Shown in pieces: positions 15,362-28,098 of a stretch of 64,000 nt of DNA (the stretch's first letter is position 1; every line of letters begins with the position of its first letter). Below the pieces are notes generated by a model that did no database searches, had not been told where the DNA came from, and saw nothing but the letters and a program-made list of their open reading frames with translations. The stretch is from Eledone cirrhosa. Taxonomy: Eukaryota. The position numbers and the translations under genes were made by a program. Location of the stretch: assembly GCA_964016885.1 (NCBI GenBank), contig OZ024740.1, positions 185,070,001-185,134,000 on the forward strand. Reading direction: 5' to 3'.

Positions 15362-16352
15362 CGTTAGGGTATAATGTGGGGCTGTAAAAAGGGAAAGTTT
15401 TGTGCAATTTATGTTTACAAGCCGAAATTGCCTCAGATTTTTTGTTTAAGATGAGGTCTTTGGCGTAGAGTATTTTCAGAGCCTCAGCGGCGCAGATGTC
15501 ACATGTTCTTTTATTTCGGTTATACGATCTAGCCTAAGCTAGGATCTCCCAGTCTAACTTATATTGGGTGTGGTTGTCTTTTAGACTCCAGATATAAGTT
15601 GAAAGTGACGTCATATTCCTTCTTAAAGGTTTAAGAAAATAATGGGTATGCATGTGAGGACGCTGCTTGAATCTATTGGCGGTTAACCCTATGTACGCCC
15701 TACAGGACGTGGGTGTTTCAACCTTACATTTGTAGACAATGTTACTAGAGAGGCAAATTCCCGGATAGGGGGCAGTAAACCCGATTCCTACAATTACAGT
15801 TAGTACTAACTACAGGGTTGCACGTGTTCCTACGGCTAGTTAGTTCAGCTAAATTTGAAGCTCTGATGTTATGTGCAAGGTTAGGAGTCGTAGAGTAAGA
15901 CATTTTAATGGTATTTCTATTAAAAATGTTACTATATTTATGTGTTGGGTGAAAATGCTTCATAATAAGGAAGAGAAAGATCTTGGCTAATGGTGTGACC
16001 ACCTTCATAATATATGCATATAATGCGTCGGGATCTAGGTTTTCTAGGTCTATTCTCGTACTCTGTATATGCTACCTTATCGACAAATCCACTCTGAGCA
16101 AAAGCTTCATTGTAATATGTGGAATGGTCGTTGAAAATATGCTCATTAGTAGATAGATGGGAAAGCCTCAAAGAAACGTTTCTTACCAGGTTCTTGGTTA
16201 TGCTGGCAGGATGGTTAGAATGCTTACTTATGTAATTAAGCGTATCTTTCGGCTTTCTATACGGGTAGTGCAAGCCATTCGATAAATTGAGGGTAATGTC
16301 GAGGTAATTAACGACCGAGAGGTTGGCCTCAACCTGTATGGAGAGGTTGAAG

Positions 16353-16353
<1 letters not shown>
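15362..16353 (-). pseudogene. Naiad RT thumb plus GIY-YIG endonuclease, frameshifted
   Basis: VNYLDITLNL..YPYRKP..SNHP; IFNRNTIKMSYSTTPN; CNCR..CPLSGN; after a frameshift NIVYKC..AYIGLTANRFKQR..TSLSTYIWSLK..CDIC..CKHK. Confidence 0.9.
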
Positions 16354-16388
<35 letters not shown>

Positions 16389-17489
16389 CATACACAAATG
16401 GAGAGAGAGAGAGCCTTTCTTAGGAATTATATCTTATAACTGTACCCATTTTTCAACACAATTTGAAACAAGCTTGAAGAAATGGTGACTTTTTTCTATG
16501 AGGATTTATTAAAGGGGTTACCTTCATATGCTATTGGATGAGTTTCATCCAATAGCATATGGATAGCATGTAGAATAGTCCTCAACAAAATGTCATCCAA
16601 CTCCTATTAGTGGAAAACTGACAAATCCAATGTAGCATGTAGCAACAAAGAAAGCAAACTCCTTTCATCTAAAATAAACTTTTATTATTTCATCAATAAC
16701 TTATATTAAAATGACATTCTAAATCTTTTGAGAAATTCATGAAAATTGTATAGTTAGAAAGAGATAATCATGACATGTTAAGAAAGTTTAGATTTGGAGT
16801 TGTTTGGCAATACAATTATTGGAAATAACATAGAAATTCAGAGATTTTGTAACAGCTTGTTTGTTGAAAATATGTGTGAAGCAGAGGCGCAAGCAACTAG
16901 GGTAAGGTAAGCCAGGCATCTACCCATGGGTGCCACTTGAACTAGGAGCACTTTCTATTAAAGTCAGATAAGTGATTACCAGAGAGTGCAAAAAGAAATT
17001 CCTTCAGATGTATGATGGGTGCGAAGCATTATAGTGGTTGGTTTAACAAACCTGATAGGTATTTCTGAGCTGGTGTTATGGTTATCTGAAAGTTAGGTAT
17101 CAGATATTTGGGCAGGGGTCAATCACACTATTTTCCCTAGTCACAACTCTGGTAGTAACAGATCGAATTTGTACATAACATTTAAAGCAATAGATCAGAA
17201 AAATAATGAGCCAAGGATTAGAAAGAGTAAGACATAGATTTTGACAGATTGTGAGGTCTTGTCAAGAGAAGATTTATGGTTAAAATTATTCCAACTTCGA
17301 TCATCCAGTATACTTTTTCAGAAAGTTTATCAAGAATTATATTATCCATTGTGTCCAGTCTTTTATGATAATTTAAGGAAGAATCTGCTGCTTCTTGCAG
17401 ATGGAATGGATATGTAGAGGCCCTCAAATGGCTTATAATTCACTAAGTTCATCCTTTGGATCTTATTTGTCACTTTATTGATTTTTTCC

Positions 17490-17855
17490 AATTTACAACC
17501 TTCCTTCCTTCTTCAAGCACACCTTCCATTGGGTCCGGTCAGAAGCAGCTGTCTCCAATTGATCCGGCTGGATCCCCAAGTGAGACTATCTGAGCTCATG
17601 GATATTATCCAACCATCTTGCTCAGGTTTTACTCCTTGGTCTCCTGCTGGTTGGTTTTGCCTGATAAAATCTGTCCAGCAATTCTTTCTTGAGACATCCT
17701 AACCACATACCGTAATATAAGAGTTGTGATCTCTCAATTCAGAGATGTAATGGCTCAATCTGGAATGACTTTCTGATTTCAGGCCTACGCACTCTATCAA
17801 GTAATGTTACTCCAAAGACCCTTCAGGAAACCCCATTTTGGCCACATGTATTCAC
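17490..17855 (-). pseudogene. Old RTE-like LINE ORF2 C-terminal relic
   Basis: Minus-strand fragments GVTLLDRVRRPEIRK..IERSQL..RRPR..WLDNI..DRTQWK. Confidence 0.65.
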
Positions 17856-17859
17856 AATC

Positions 17860-18200
17860 GAATTAAAATTGAATTAAATTCTAAGATTAAGATAATATTT
17901 ATTCATAACCTAGCTGTACCTTAATAAGTTATTGTTCTATTGATCTAATAGTATCCCAACAAAGTTAACTGAATTAGCAAGACTAGACAGGAAAAAAGGA
18001 AAGTAATGACTACATTTAGAATACCCTACATAAAAGCCTACACTGAATGATTATACTCATTAGAAACACAGGAAGGTAATGATTTTCTGTGCTTAGAAAA
18101 CCACTTTGAAATATCTACTCTAGGACTACAAAAATATCTTGTAAAGATTAAAGGGCAGCTAATATAAAGAATTACACAAACATTAGAGTAATGAAAATGA
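17860..18200 (+). pseudogene. Relic of an R4/Dong-like non-LTR RT thumb region
   Basis: Fragments IHNLAVP, ELARLDRK, KAYTE*LY..QEGNDF..LE..LGLQKYL resemble the AINxLAVP..LDRKTRK..RLYxxRxxGGRGL motif. Confidence 0.5.
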
Positions 18201-19466
18201 AACTGTTTTCTTGTATCTGACTTATGGAATCAGAACAGTCAACATCATCATCATCATCATCATCATCTGTTTAACAACCATTTTGAATGCTAGCCTCAGA
18301 TGAGTTGTCTTGTGAGACAAGTCAGATCAGACTGTGTCCTGTTCACATAGAACTATTTCTGGCTTGGTTTCTATATCTGGATGCCCTTTCTAATACCAAC
18401 CACATTTGCATCTTGAGGTAATATGCACAGGGCCAAAACATTTAGTAAAAATAACAGTAAAATGCTAAAAACAAAAGCGAAATAGAAAATAAGATTGCAG
18501 TTGTTTTGACAACTAACAAAAAAATGCCCTACATGTTAACATAGCTGTATGATTAAACATTTGCTTTTTAGGTTCTATTCTAGTATTCAGGCTATGCCTC
18601 TAGGCTGAGAAATGTCTCCTTTCTTTATTTTACCAGTCTTACAGACACTGAGAAGGGCCATGTTTACAGCCTTTAACTTTCCAAATTTTATAAGCCTAAA
18701 CAAAATTATATTTTCGTAAGAATGGCTGAACCAGTAAGAAATAAAAAAAAAAGTAAGATTGCAGCCATAACTTAGATTCCCATTAATCAATGCAGAGACT
18801 AATGAATTTTAATCAAGAAACAACCCTTTTCACAAAGAAAATACCAATAACATGAGCAAAGTATAGAAGGTTATGTAGTAAGAATTGATCATTGTTCTGA
18901 CTATCCAGTTTAGATTTAGCTGAAACTGAATATATGAACAGAGCTGGAAGTTGCATAGAGTGGAAACTCTGCCAGCAATATTTAATTGCATACATTCCTT
19001 TCTTAAAGATATGTGGCCTCATGCCAATGTTGACAAGTGCAGTACATGATTATAAGAAAGGAGGGGTTTCAATGTGACTGTTCAGCTTATTACAATTAAC
19101 TGCAATACCTTTCACAAGTCACATTCTTCCATCTACAGAAAGGGAAGGAGATATATGTATCTATAACCCTGGATAGATTACACCATAAGGAAAAAGAAAT
19201 GCTCATTATTTCAATACATTTTATCTCATATGTGCTTGATCAATACTAACAAGGGTTAAACAACAAGTGTAGAAAAACTGTAACACTTCACCTCAAACAT
19301 TTGTTTAGTGTGATAAATTGTAAACCTAATTTGCCATAATTTCCAAATCATGCTATAATTATTTTTGTTTTATATATTTTTTCACACCACACACATACAT
19401 ACAAACATGCAGTTGTTTAAGTTATGTATATCTTTTACATATGTTTGTTTGAAATAAATATATAAA

Positions 19467-19610
19467 GGTACATGTATGGCTGTGTGTTTAAGAAGTTTGC
19501 TTTGCACTCATGAATTCCTAAGTTCAATCCTACACTCCAGCATTTCAAACAAGTGTCTTTTATCATATCATTAGTTCAATCAAAGACTTGTGAGTGAAAC
19601 ATTGGCAGAT
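19467..19610 (+). mobile_element. Decayed tRNA-derived CORE-like SINE
   Basis: A-box-like TGGCTGTGTGTTTAAG, B-box-like AGTTCAATCC, then AACAAGTGTCTTT; a similar piece lies near 11990-12080. Confidence 0.6.
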
Positions 19611-19720
19611 CACTCTATAAGATGGTGAATTAAACAAATATTATTTTTCTCTAAGAAGTTTTTTTCATTTTTATTCCTGCACACTCTCCTCTATATTTCT
19701 ATTTCTTCTTTAATTTCTCA

Positions 19721-19762
19721 TTCTATTTTCTGAGGAAGAACTAGCATCTGAAATATAAAGAA
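19721..19762 (+). ncRNA. Ultra-minimal hammerhead-like motif
   Basis: TT CTGAGGA AGA-ACTAGCA-TCT GAAA TA TA AAGAA; weak stem I. Confidence 0.5.
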
Positions 19763-19835
19763 TTTTCTTACTATATTAAGTTGGAAACTAATACATATAT
19801 CTTCATTGTAATACATTTTGCATACATAAATATAT

Positions 19836-20735
19836 ATCATCATCGTTGTCATTTATCATCTATTTTCCATGTTAGCATGGGTTAGACGGGTTATCCCATT
19901 TGAGGCAAGTCAGGTAAGATGACCATGTCCTGCTCATACAGAACTGTTTCTTGTTTGGTTTTTAGGGCTGGATGCCTTTCTTAATGCCAACCACATTTAC
20001 AGTGTGTACTGGATGCTTTGTCTGGTGACACCTACATGACCACTTTACAATGTGGACAGCATGTTTTTTGTCAAGATACCAACATGGCCACTTTACAGTG
20101 TTGGCTGGGCACTTTTTATCATGACACCAAAACGAACACTTTACTGTGTGGACTGGAGACTGGTGCAAGAGGTGTAAAGGTGTGGGGAAAAGGGTGGGAT
20201 GATTAGAATGTGGCTGGGGTGTTAGGGCATGTGAGGTTTAGTAGGGGGTGGGAGAATAGTGGTAAGTGCTGCATACTAAATGCATGCTTCAATCCATACA
20301 CATGGGAAGGAAGGTCTTCTGTATTATTGCATAATGCCAAAGACCTTGATCCTGTGTCATTGCCTTTAAGTTGTGCAATTGTGCAAGGTCAGCTTTTGCA
20401 CCACATCTCAGGCCTTCGTAGATCTTCCTACTCTATAGCTTCCATCAACTTTGATCACCATGCACAATTGTAGGTGTCATCCTTCATACATATCACATGG
20501 ACATATTAATGCAATCTCCTCTCTTGCACACTGCATCTGATCCCTTTTATGCCCAATTTCTCTCTCACTTCATTTACAATTTGCCGTTCATATATATTAC
20601 TATTACATATACATTGGAACATGCACGTTTATTTGCTTTCCAATGTCCACAAGTCCTTTTCAGCCAGTGCCCAGGTCTCACTACCATGCTACATAGCTGT
20701 TCGTATACATGCATCATACATTCTGCCCTTCATTT
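19836..20735 (-). mobile_element. Decayed RTE LINE 3' fragment (ORF2 C-terminus, 3' UTR, tail)
   Basis: Minus strand HGSETWAL; UTR motif GTTGGCATTAAGAAAGGCATCCAGC matches 36891-36916. Confidence 0.8.
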
Positions 20736-21930
20736 TGAGGAGATATATATACATAGAAAAGTAAATATTTATATAAACTAGCTGGCTAATATGAGAAAAT
20801 TTGTTTAGTGTACTTAAGCCTCTATATAAACTAGCTGCCTAATATGAGACATTTGTTCAGTATACTTAAGCCTCTAGTAATAATGGGGTTTTTAACAGCA
20901 TTTTGTGAACAGTTAAAGAAGGTACTGAGTTGTGAATTAACTCTCAACATAGGATTGAAAATATATCAGCTAGTTCTTTTTTATGTCCACAAAGATGGTA
21001 CATATTATGTTCAAATTTACCTCTAAAGTGTTGGCTCAAAATTTGTTGATTTAGTCTGTGTGGTGCAACATAGCATATATACATATATGTGCATGTATGT
21101 TTATACAAAAAATATTCTTTGAATATGTTTTCCATGAAAGAAAAAAAAACTAGATATGGTAATAAAGTCCAAAGATGAGAAACATTTATTATCAAGATTT
21201 TAATAAAATAATCAATCCCAGCTGACCTTATTATGGCATTTCTCCCAAAATTCAGAACTATGAAAAGAAAGTTACTTTACATATACATTCAAACACACAC
21301 TCACTCACACACATACGCACTCACACATACACACTCACACGTATACACTTACACATGCACACTTACACCTACACACTTACACAAATGTAAAGACCCTGGT
21401 TCTTTTATCGGGAAATCTGTTACTAACTTAGATATAAAGACAAAATAAAGAATATATATATATGTATATATATATATATGCATATATATATATATGCAGC
21501 ATTTTTTATTTATTTTAATGCATTTAATTTGTTTTCTTTTTCAACTCCCCAACTATAAATTTTTATCACACAGAAGTCATATGTCATGTTGTATGATATT
21601 GATTTCTAAGACTGGCTATAACCCATATATTTGTAAATGAAGCAAATGCAGGCTTATAAATCATTTTAAGTTTATGAGTAGTACTTATGTCGAAAGACTC
21701 CAGATGACTGCAAGGCATATCCAGTATGGGTAGGATTTGTTATGCATTTTATAATATAGAATATATAAAAAAATGTAAGACACTTATCTTGAAAACCTCC
21801 AGTGGGCTGAAAGGCATAACCAATGCACACAGGGTTTGAAAATACATTTAGACAGTTTCAGAATTATAAAGTGATGATCTGAGACTTTGTGTTAATACTA
21901 AACCAATTTCTGAATAGGTAAGTCCTTTAA

Positions 21931-22138
21931 CCCTTTACCATTTAAACTGGCCATATTTGGCCAGAATTCTATCAACTCTTTCCGTTCAAAACAGCTGTAA
22001 CCAGCAGCTCGTACTTATGTTAAGGTATTCTTCTTAAAATAAATAATATCAAAATCTCATACAATCCATATTATGTGAGATAAAGAATTTACTGTGAAAA
22101 TGTAGTAGTAAATATAGAGTAACGCAAATACTAAAGTG
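21931..22138. mobile_element. piggyBac-type MITE, second copy in the opposite orientation
   Basis: TTAA|CCCTTTACCATTTAAACTGG ... AAATACTAAAGTG|TTAA; internal similarity to 12139-12359. Confidence 0.7.
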
Positions 22139-22439
22139 TTAAGCAATTTAGATATACACAAAACCTGTTAACTTTATATATATCATTTTTTTTTTTGTGT
22201 CAAAATGTTTATCAGAATGTCTGAGATTTGGTCACTGACAGATTTCTGTCAGTGATCAGAGCAAAGTTATTGTGAAGAAAATTTTGACACCAAAAAATAA
22301 ATGATATATATATAAAATTAAAAGATTTGTTTGTTTTTATTTGACAGAAATGATTCTTCCATGCAGGAAATGTTTTAGACAGTTGCTCAAATCTATTTCT
22401 TCTTCTATACATCCCTTACCAATGCCTTGATGAAATTTC

Positions 22440-22740
22440 TCCCCTAACTCACCCCTTGCAGCATAACCTTCTGAATTTATCCTGCATACAGTTGGTGTCA
22501 TTTTATAGAACATCCTTCAGTGTGATGTTTTGTCTCCTAACTCATCTGCACACATTAGGTTTCCAGAAAAGAACTCTGCCAGCAGATCCATTGTGACATT
22601 TCACATGTCCAGCTAATGTGAGCCTCACATGTACTTGTCAGAAAGGCAACAGCATGAACAGTAGCACTAGTTATTTGCTATATGTGTTTTCCAGGATATT
22701 TTCTGGACCTTTCTCATCCTTTGTGTGAATATACCATTAA
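22440..22740 (-). pseudogene. Old RTE-like LINE C-terminal relic
   Basis: Minus strand VRLTLAGHVKCH..GRVLFWKP. Confidence 0.5.
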
Positions 22741-23059
22741 TCCTCTTTGTGAGTGTTTTTGTGTTAGTCTTTATGACACACACAGTAGATAATTGACCTA
22801 AAAGGCCAATTTCATGTGCTCTCTCAAAATGTTTGTTTCCAGCTTACATGTGCAAAATTTGTAACATTAATTTCATTACTCTCATCCACTAATGATAATA
22901 ATATGATACTGTTATCTTTCTCATTATCATTTTATATTACTATTTCCATGCTGCCATACTTTGGATGTGTCCACAGCAACTTGCCACCCTTCAGACCTTA
23001 TTCATCTTGTACACACAGCAGCAGAGTAAACTGCTAATATCAATCAAGCAATCAATAGG

Positions 23060-23395
23060 GCACACTGCTTGCATGGATTCACTTGTTTCTCTGTTGCCAT
23101 ACAATTCTATTGTTCATTATATTCAGCAGGTCAGAGGGATTGCAGTTTATATTGTCTGCTTGATACATGTCATGGGTTGCCATCTTCTTCTAGCTCTTCC
23201 TTGTGAACGTTCTCACAAAAGAACTTCACTAACAATTTGATCTTTAGCTATCCAGCAATGCCCTGCAAATCTGACTGTATGCTCTTTGATGATGTTGATG
23301 ATGTCTAATGCTGGACAAAAGTTCCCATACAGTTGCTCATTTGTCAGACGATCTCTCCAAGTGACATTCAAAGCCACTTTTAGTTTTCATGTATA
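23060..23395 (-). pseudogene. Old RTE-like LINE C-terminal relic
   Basis: Minus strand ALNVTWRDRLTNEQLYG..VRFAGHCW. Confidence 0.65.
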
Positions 23396-23594
23396 TTATT
23401 GATATTATTGATTTCTAATATTAGCACAAAACCTTAAATTTGGGGCAATGATATATAGTTGATTAATTCAAGACCATATGAAAAGAGAAGTTGACCATGA
23501 CAGATTTTGAATTCAGAGAATAAGGAGGCATAATTGTGTTCAGTGCTCTGCTGATTCTACCAAAACACTGCCTCAAGACATTGATGCTAATAAT

Positions 23595-24130
23595 GGTTTC
23601 TTATTTAGGCACAAGGCCAACGATTTTGGAGGAAGGAAAAGTCGATTAAATCGCCCCCAATGTATTGTTGGGACTTTATTTTGTAGGCCTTGTAAGGATG
23701 AAAGGCAAAAGTAATCTCAGCAGGATTTGAAATCAGAATGTAAATGGCCTGAAGTCTATGTTGCAAACCATATGCCTAACCCTCTACCAATACTTCCTAA
23801 CCACCTCCCTAGATAATAATAATAATTCTAGCACAGATAAATGGTAATAAATTGGGTAGGAATGGGTTAGTCATTTATGTAAACCCAGTATTTGAATGGT
23901 ACTTTATTTTATTGACATTGCAAGGATGAAAGGCAAAGTTGATTTTGTTGTGTTTTGAAGAGCTCGAACAAACACTCCAAGGTATTTTATCTGACACTGT
24001 CGCTGCCATTAATATACTGTTATGACTCTGATAATAATTGTTTCTACTTTAGGCACAAGGCCAGCAATTACCCAGTGCATTACTGGTACTTTATTTTATC
24101 GACCCCGTAAGGATGAAAGGCAAAGTCAAC
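23595..24130 (-). mobile_element. Cluster of three decayed SINE copies (24310 family)
   Basis: Repeated GGCACAAGGCCA, ACTTTATTTT and AGGATGAAAGGCAAA motifs, the reverse complement of 24400-24510. Confidence 0.75.
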
Positions 24131-24197
24131 CTCTGATAATAATGATTGTAATAAAATAATGATTGTAATAAAATAAAATGATGATGCCTAATATATT

Positions 24198-24254
<57 letters not shown>

Positions 24255-24309
24255 CCATATATATATAGAGAGAGAGAGAAATGTGTTACTTCCTTTATTA
24301 TTATTATCA

Positions 24310-24515
24310 GGGTGGTGGATTGGCAGTATCGGTAGACAGTCGGACACCATACTTTGCAGCATAGAATTACGGCCCTTTACTGTGTGAGTTCAAATCCCAC
24401 AGAGGTTAACTTTGCCTTTCATCCTTACCGGGTCGATAAATAAAGTACCAGTAATGCACTGGGATCGATTTAATCGACTTTCCCCTCTCCCAAAATTGCT
24501 GGCCTTGTGTCTATA
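24310..24515 (+). mobile_element. tRNA-derived SINE (octopus-type), near full length
   Basis: A box TGGCAGTATCGG, B box GAGTTCAAATCC, body ACTTTGCCTTTCATCC..GGGTCGATAAA; sister copy at 39561-39750. Confidence 0.85.
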
Positions 24516-26666
24516 TAAGTATCCATTATTCTGTACATGCACACACACTATTATATAAAACCTAACTGAGAAAGAGAAAATGTATTTTCGAATTTGGTGT
24601 ATTTTTATTCCTTTTGTTTTGCTGGAATTTTTTCTCACATTATAGGTGTTCTGAAATATCTTAAATATTTTCTGTTGATCAGTCAAGTGAGATGTGCTTT
24701 GCTGTCTGCTGAGGTATATTTCACATATTGATTTAGTGTACAAATCTATATCACACCTCAGCTTAGTCAGATGTGAGAGCATGATGACAAATATAAAGAG
24801 AGAGGGAAATAAATCAATAAAAACAGCATAAATTATCAATAATTCCAAGAAGTTGGTTATTCTAAATTATATGCCTAATGACATTCCTTCTATTTTTAAT
24901 TAATAAACTCGATTTTATAATTTTATTTGGCTTTCATTGTTTCATGTATGTATGATATTGCTTCTCATTCACAATCTGCTGTTTGTGAAGTGATAGGTCT
25001 TTTCAGTATATTTCCCCTGCATTGGAATAAGAAACAAATGCATGGAGCTTTTGCATGCTTTCTGAAACTGCTAAAAGTAACAACTATATTTCCCTCAAAT
25101 TATAACATGCCACCTTGAAAAAGGAGCTGCACATTGGATAATGTAGTCCTATATATACAACACTTGAATAAAAGAGCATCTGGTCATCATTATCATTTAA
25201 CATTCATTTTTCCACATTAGCATAGGTTAGAACAGTTGTCCTGCTGTGAACACATGTCAGATCAGATGACCATATTTTGCTCATACAGAACTGTTTCTGG
25301 CTTCCCAACACAAATCACATTTACAGTAAAAAAACTGGGCAATTTTGTCATGACACTAACACAACCACATTATAGTACACACTGGGTGCTCTTTGTCGTG
25401 GCACCAGAGTGACCAAAATACAGTGTAGACTGAGTGCATTTTGTGATCACTACACTAATTTGTGTAATCATAGGTCTACACAGACAATTCTGATCTATGA
25501 CTAAACAGCACCAATCATATGTACATACATATTTCTGGTTCAATGATTATGTCATTTATTTTTTCTGTGGTGGAGAGATTTAGCTGCAACTATCAAATAT
25601 TCTTTCTGTATTCAAAACTTTGGGTTTTGAAATACTATTTTTTTCTTTATCCCGACTAAAGAAGCGAATTGATAAAAATGATTATTTAATAAAGTGCTTT
25701 ATCATTATTTAGTACTGTACTTTAATAGAATCAACTCTTATCTTCATTTAGTTCTTAGTATTCTCATTTCTTGAATGGTAGATTTAATCCATCAACATGT
25801 TTAACATGACCACCTGGTTCATGGGTCATGGGTGCTTTTAGCTGAATTCTTTCTGTTGCAATCATATAACATTCAGGCATGGTTGCAGGTTTGAAGATAA
25901 CTTCAATTCCTATTTTCTTTTTGGAGGTCCTGTTAAAATAAGATTGATTAAATAAATACCAAACATGAGAGAAAATAACTATAGGAATCAATATAATTGA
26001 CTTAAGTTTTAAGGCAATATATGCCCCAGCATGGTGACAGTCAAATCATCGAAACTGTACAAGAATAAAAGAATATATCGATTTCTAATGTAAAGAAATA
26101 TTGATTTAACATTACACATAATGTTATATACTTATCGAGGACACTGCCATTGATTATATCCACTCCCGTTACTCTACCACATTCTAGATTATTCATAAGT
26201 AAGATATAAAAATCTAATATTTTATATGCAATTTCTTTTTTACTAATTAAAAATAATAATTTAAATAATAGAACATATCAAATATATAGTAAGGCCATAA
26301 AGTGCATAATTTTACTCCCCCACCTTACTCACAATTTCTTTGATCAAATGCCATGTTGTTTGATTTGCTAGAACATTTATTGGACTTAGACAATAATGAT
26401 ATGCTCACATCTCAATTTATAACCATATTTGAATATTATATTTTTTTGTTGATTCTTGTTTAAATACTTTAAATAACATAGTTCAAAAACATACATCTAA
26501 CAAGCTGTATAAATCATGATTAACTTTTCAAATATTACTACTGGTTAATATATTCACACGGGATTTATTACACTTCTTTATTCATTACATCAAAATATAT
26601 ATTCAATTGTTCTTTTGCTGTATTTATGTCTGCTATGGTTCATTTTCATTTATTTATAACAGCATA

Positions 26667-26720
<54 letters not shown>

Positions 26721-27954
26721 CTTTATCTTTCTTACGTCAAATAGGAAGCCGCCATGGTATTGTTTGTCTTGCTAGAAATAGCAGCTAAATATTCGTCAAG
26801 TTACACTACCACCTTTTTAGGAAAGAGCATGTTTAGTAATGTAGTCCTGGTTTCTTTACTCATGGAAGAAAGTTAGAGCTGTCATGGCTAAAGTAATTTG
26901 GATCATGGGTTTCCTGTTTTTTGGCTAAATATCAATTTTACTTTTGCAATGTCATTTACAGAGTTTAAGGGATATACTTTGCTTTATTCTTTCACTAGTC
27001 AGCTTTGACCTAGTAGATCTATGATCAGTGTCATTCTAGCCATAACAATCTGCTGTGTTATTCACAAATAGAATATCTAAAACTGTATTGTTCAATATGT
27101 TATTTCATTTTTTGAAGACATTAAGGTACAGTTTGTAGATGTGTTTGATATTTTAGTAGGTCAAATAAATGTGGAGTCTAATTCTTTGAGTAATAGCTTA
27201 TAGTGCCTGACATCAACAACTAAGTGATTTAGCTTATACACAAATCACCACAGCTTGTGTAATCATGAGAAATCCATCTGTATTTTTATGAGCCCATGTC
27301 ATGAAATAAAGTGGTTCATGAACGTAGAGCAGAGTCTGTGAAACATTCAAGAACTCTGCCATCAAATGGTTAAACATTTTTCCTCGATAATGTGACCATT
27401 GTTATTTATCAACTTTATGCCAAATGAATATCTTTCTTGATGCCTGGAACATTGAGATTAGTATCCAGGAAGATTATAAACCTACCAAAATATACATTTA
27501 TCACTGTACCTTTATAATCCAGTTTGGGAATATAACTTCAGATATATATCAATACTGGTTAGTTAACATAAAATATATGTAATGATGTATTGATGCAGAG
27601 AATTTCAGAAGTTTGTTTCTTTCTCAAAGGAAAGAACAAATTGATTGATTATATGACTTTTCAAAGTAGCTCCTGCAAATATATCTATCTATTCAAACAT
27701 TCAGAAATTTTTTTGAATTATTCCTCACTGGATATCATCAAAAGATGTTTTTTAAAGTTAAAGCCAGAATTTTAATCATTTGAATTAAATAATACAGTTA
27801 GTTACACACATGCATACACAAGTTTACATGCAGCATAAACGATGTGTCCACTAAACTAGACATTTTGATATAGCAGACTATCTGTCTCATTTTATGAAAA
27901 TCATCTTCTAAAGTTCCATTTGGTCTGAACCATTAAATGGTTAAATACTTCAAG

Positions 27955-27988
<34 letters not shown>

Positions 27989-28098
27989 ATACTTGGGGAG
28001 GGTCATATTTGCGTAATATTGCCAGAATTAATAACAGAACACACTCACTGTTTGGTTGGTTTTCGCTTCTCGCTGTCTTTTATTATATCTGCGATCTA

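Larger units (their letters stand above)
14262..16353 (-). mobile_element. Naiad-type PLE, 5'-truncated, inserted in (TA)n
   Basis: Coding remnant followed by a ~1.1-kb 3' region with an HHR relic; (TA)n at both ends. Confidence 0.85.

Noticed and set aside
17218-17427. ORF with a faint RLE-like IILDK..IEV motif
   Set aside because: Too weak to call without a search.
24310-24400. A/B boxes as a tRNA gene
   Set aside because: No cloverleaf, and it continues into a multicopy SINE body.
25764-25991. 75-aa minus-strand ORF with a good acceptor near 25930
   Set aside because: Weak donor, no recognisable motif and no partner exons.
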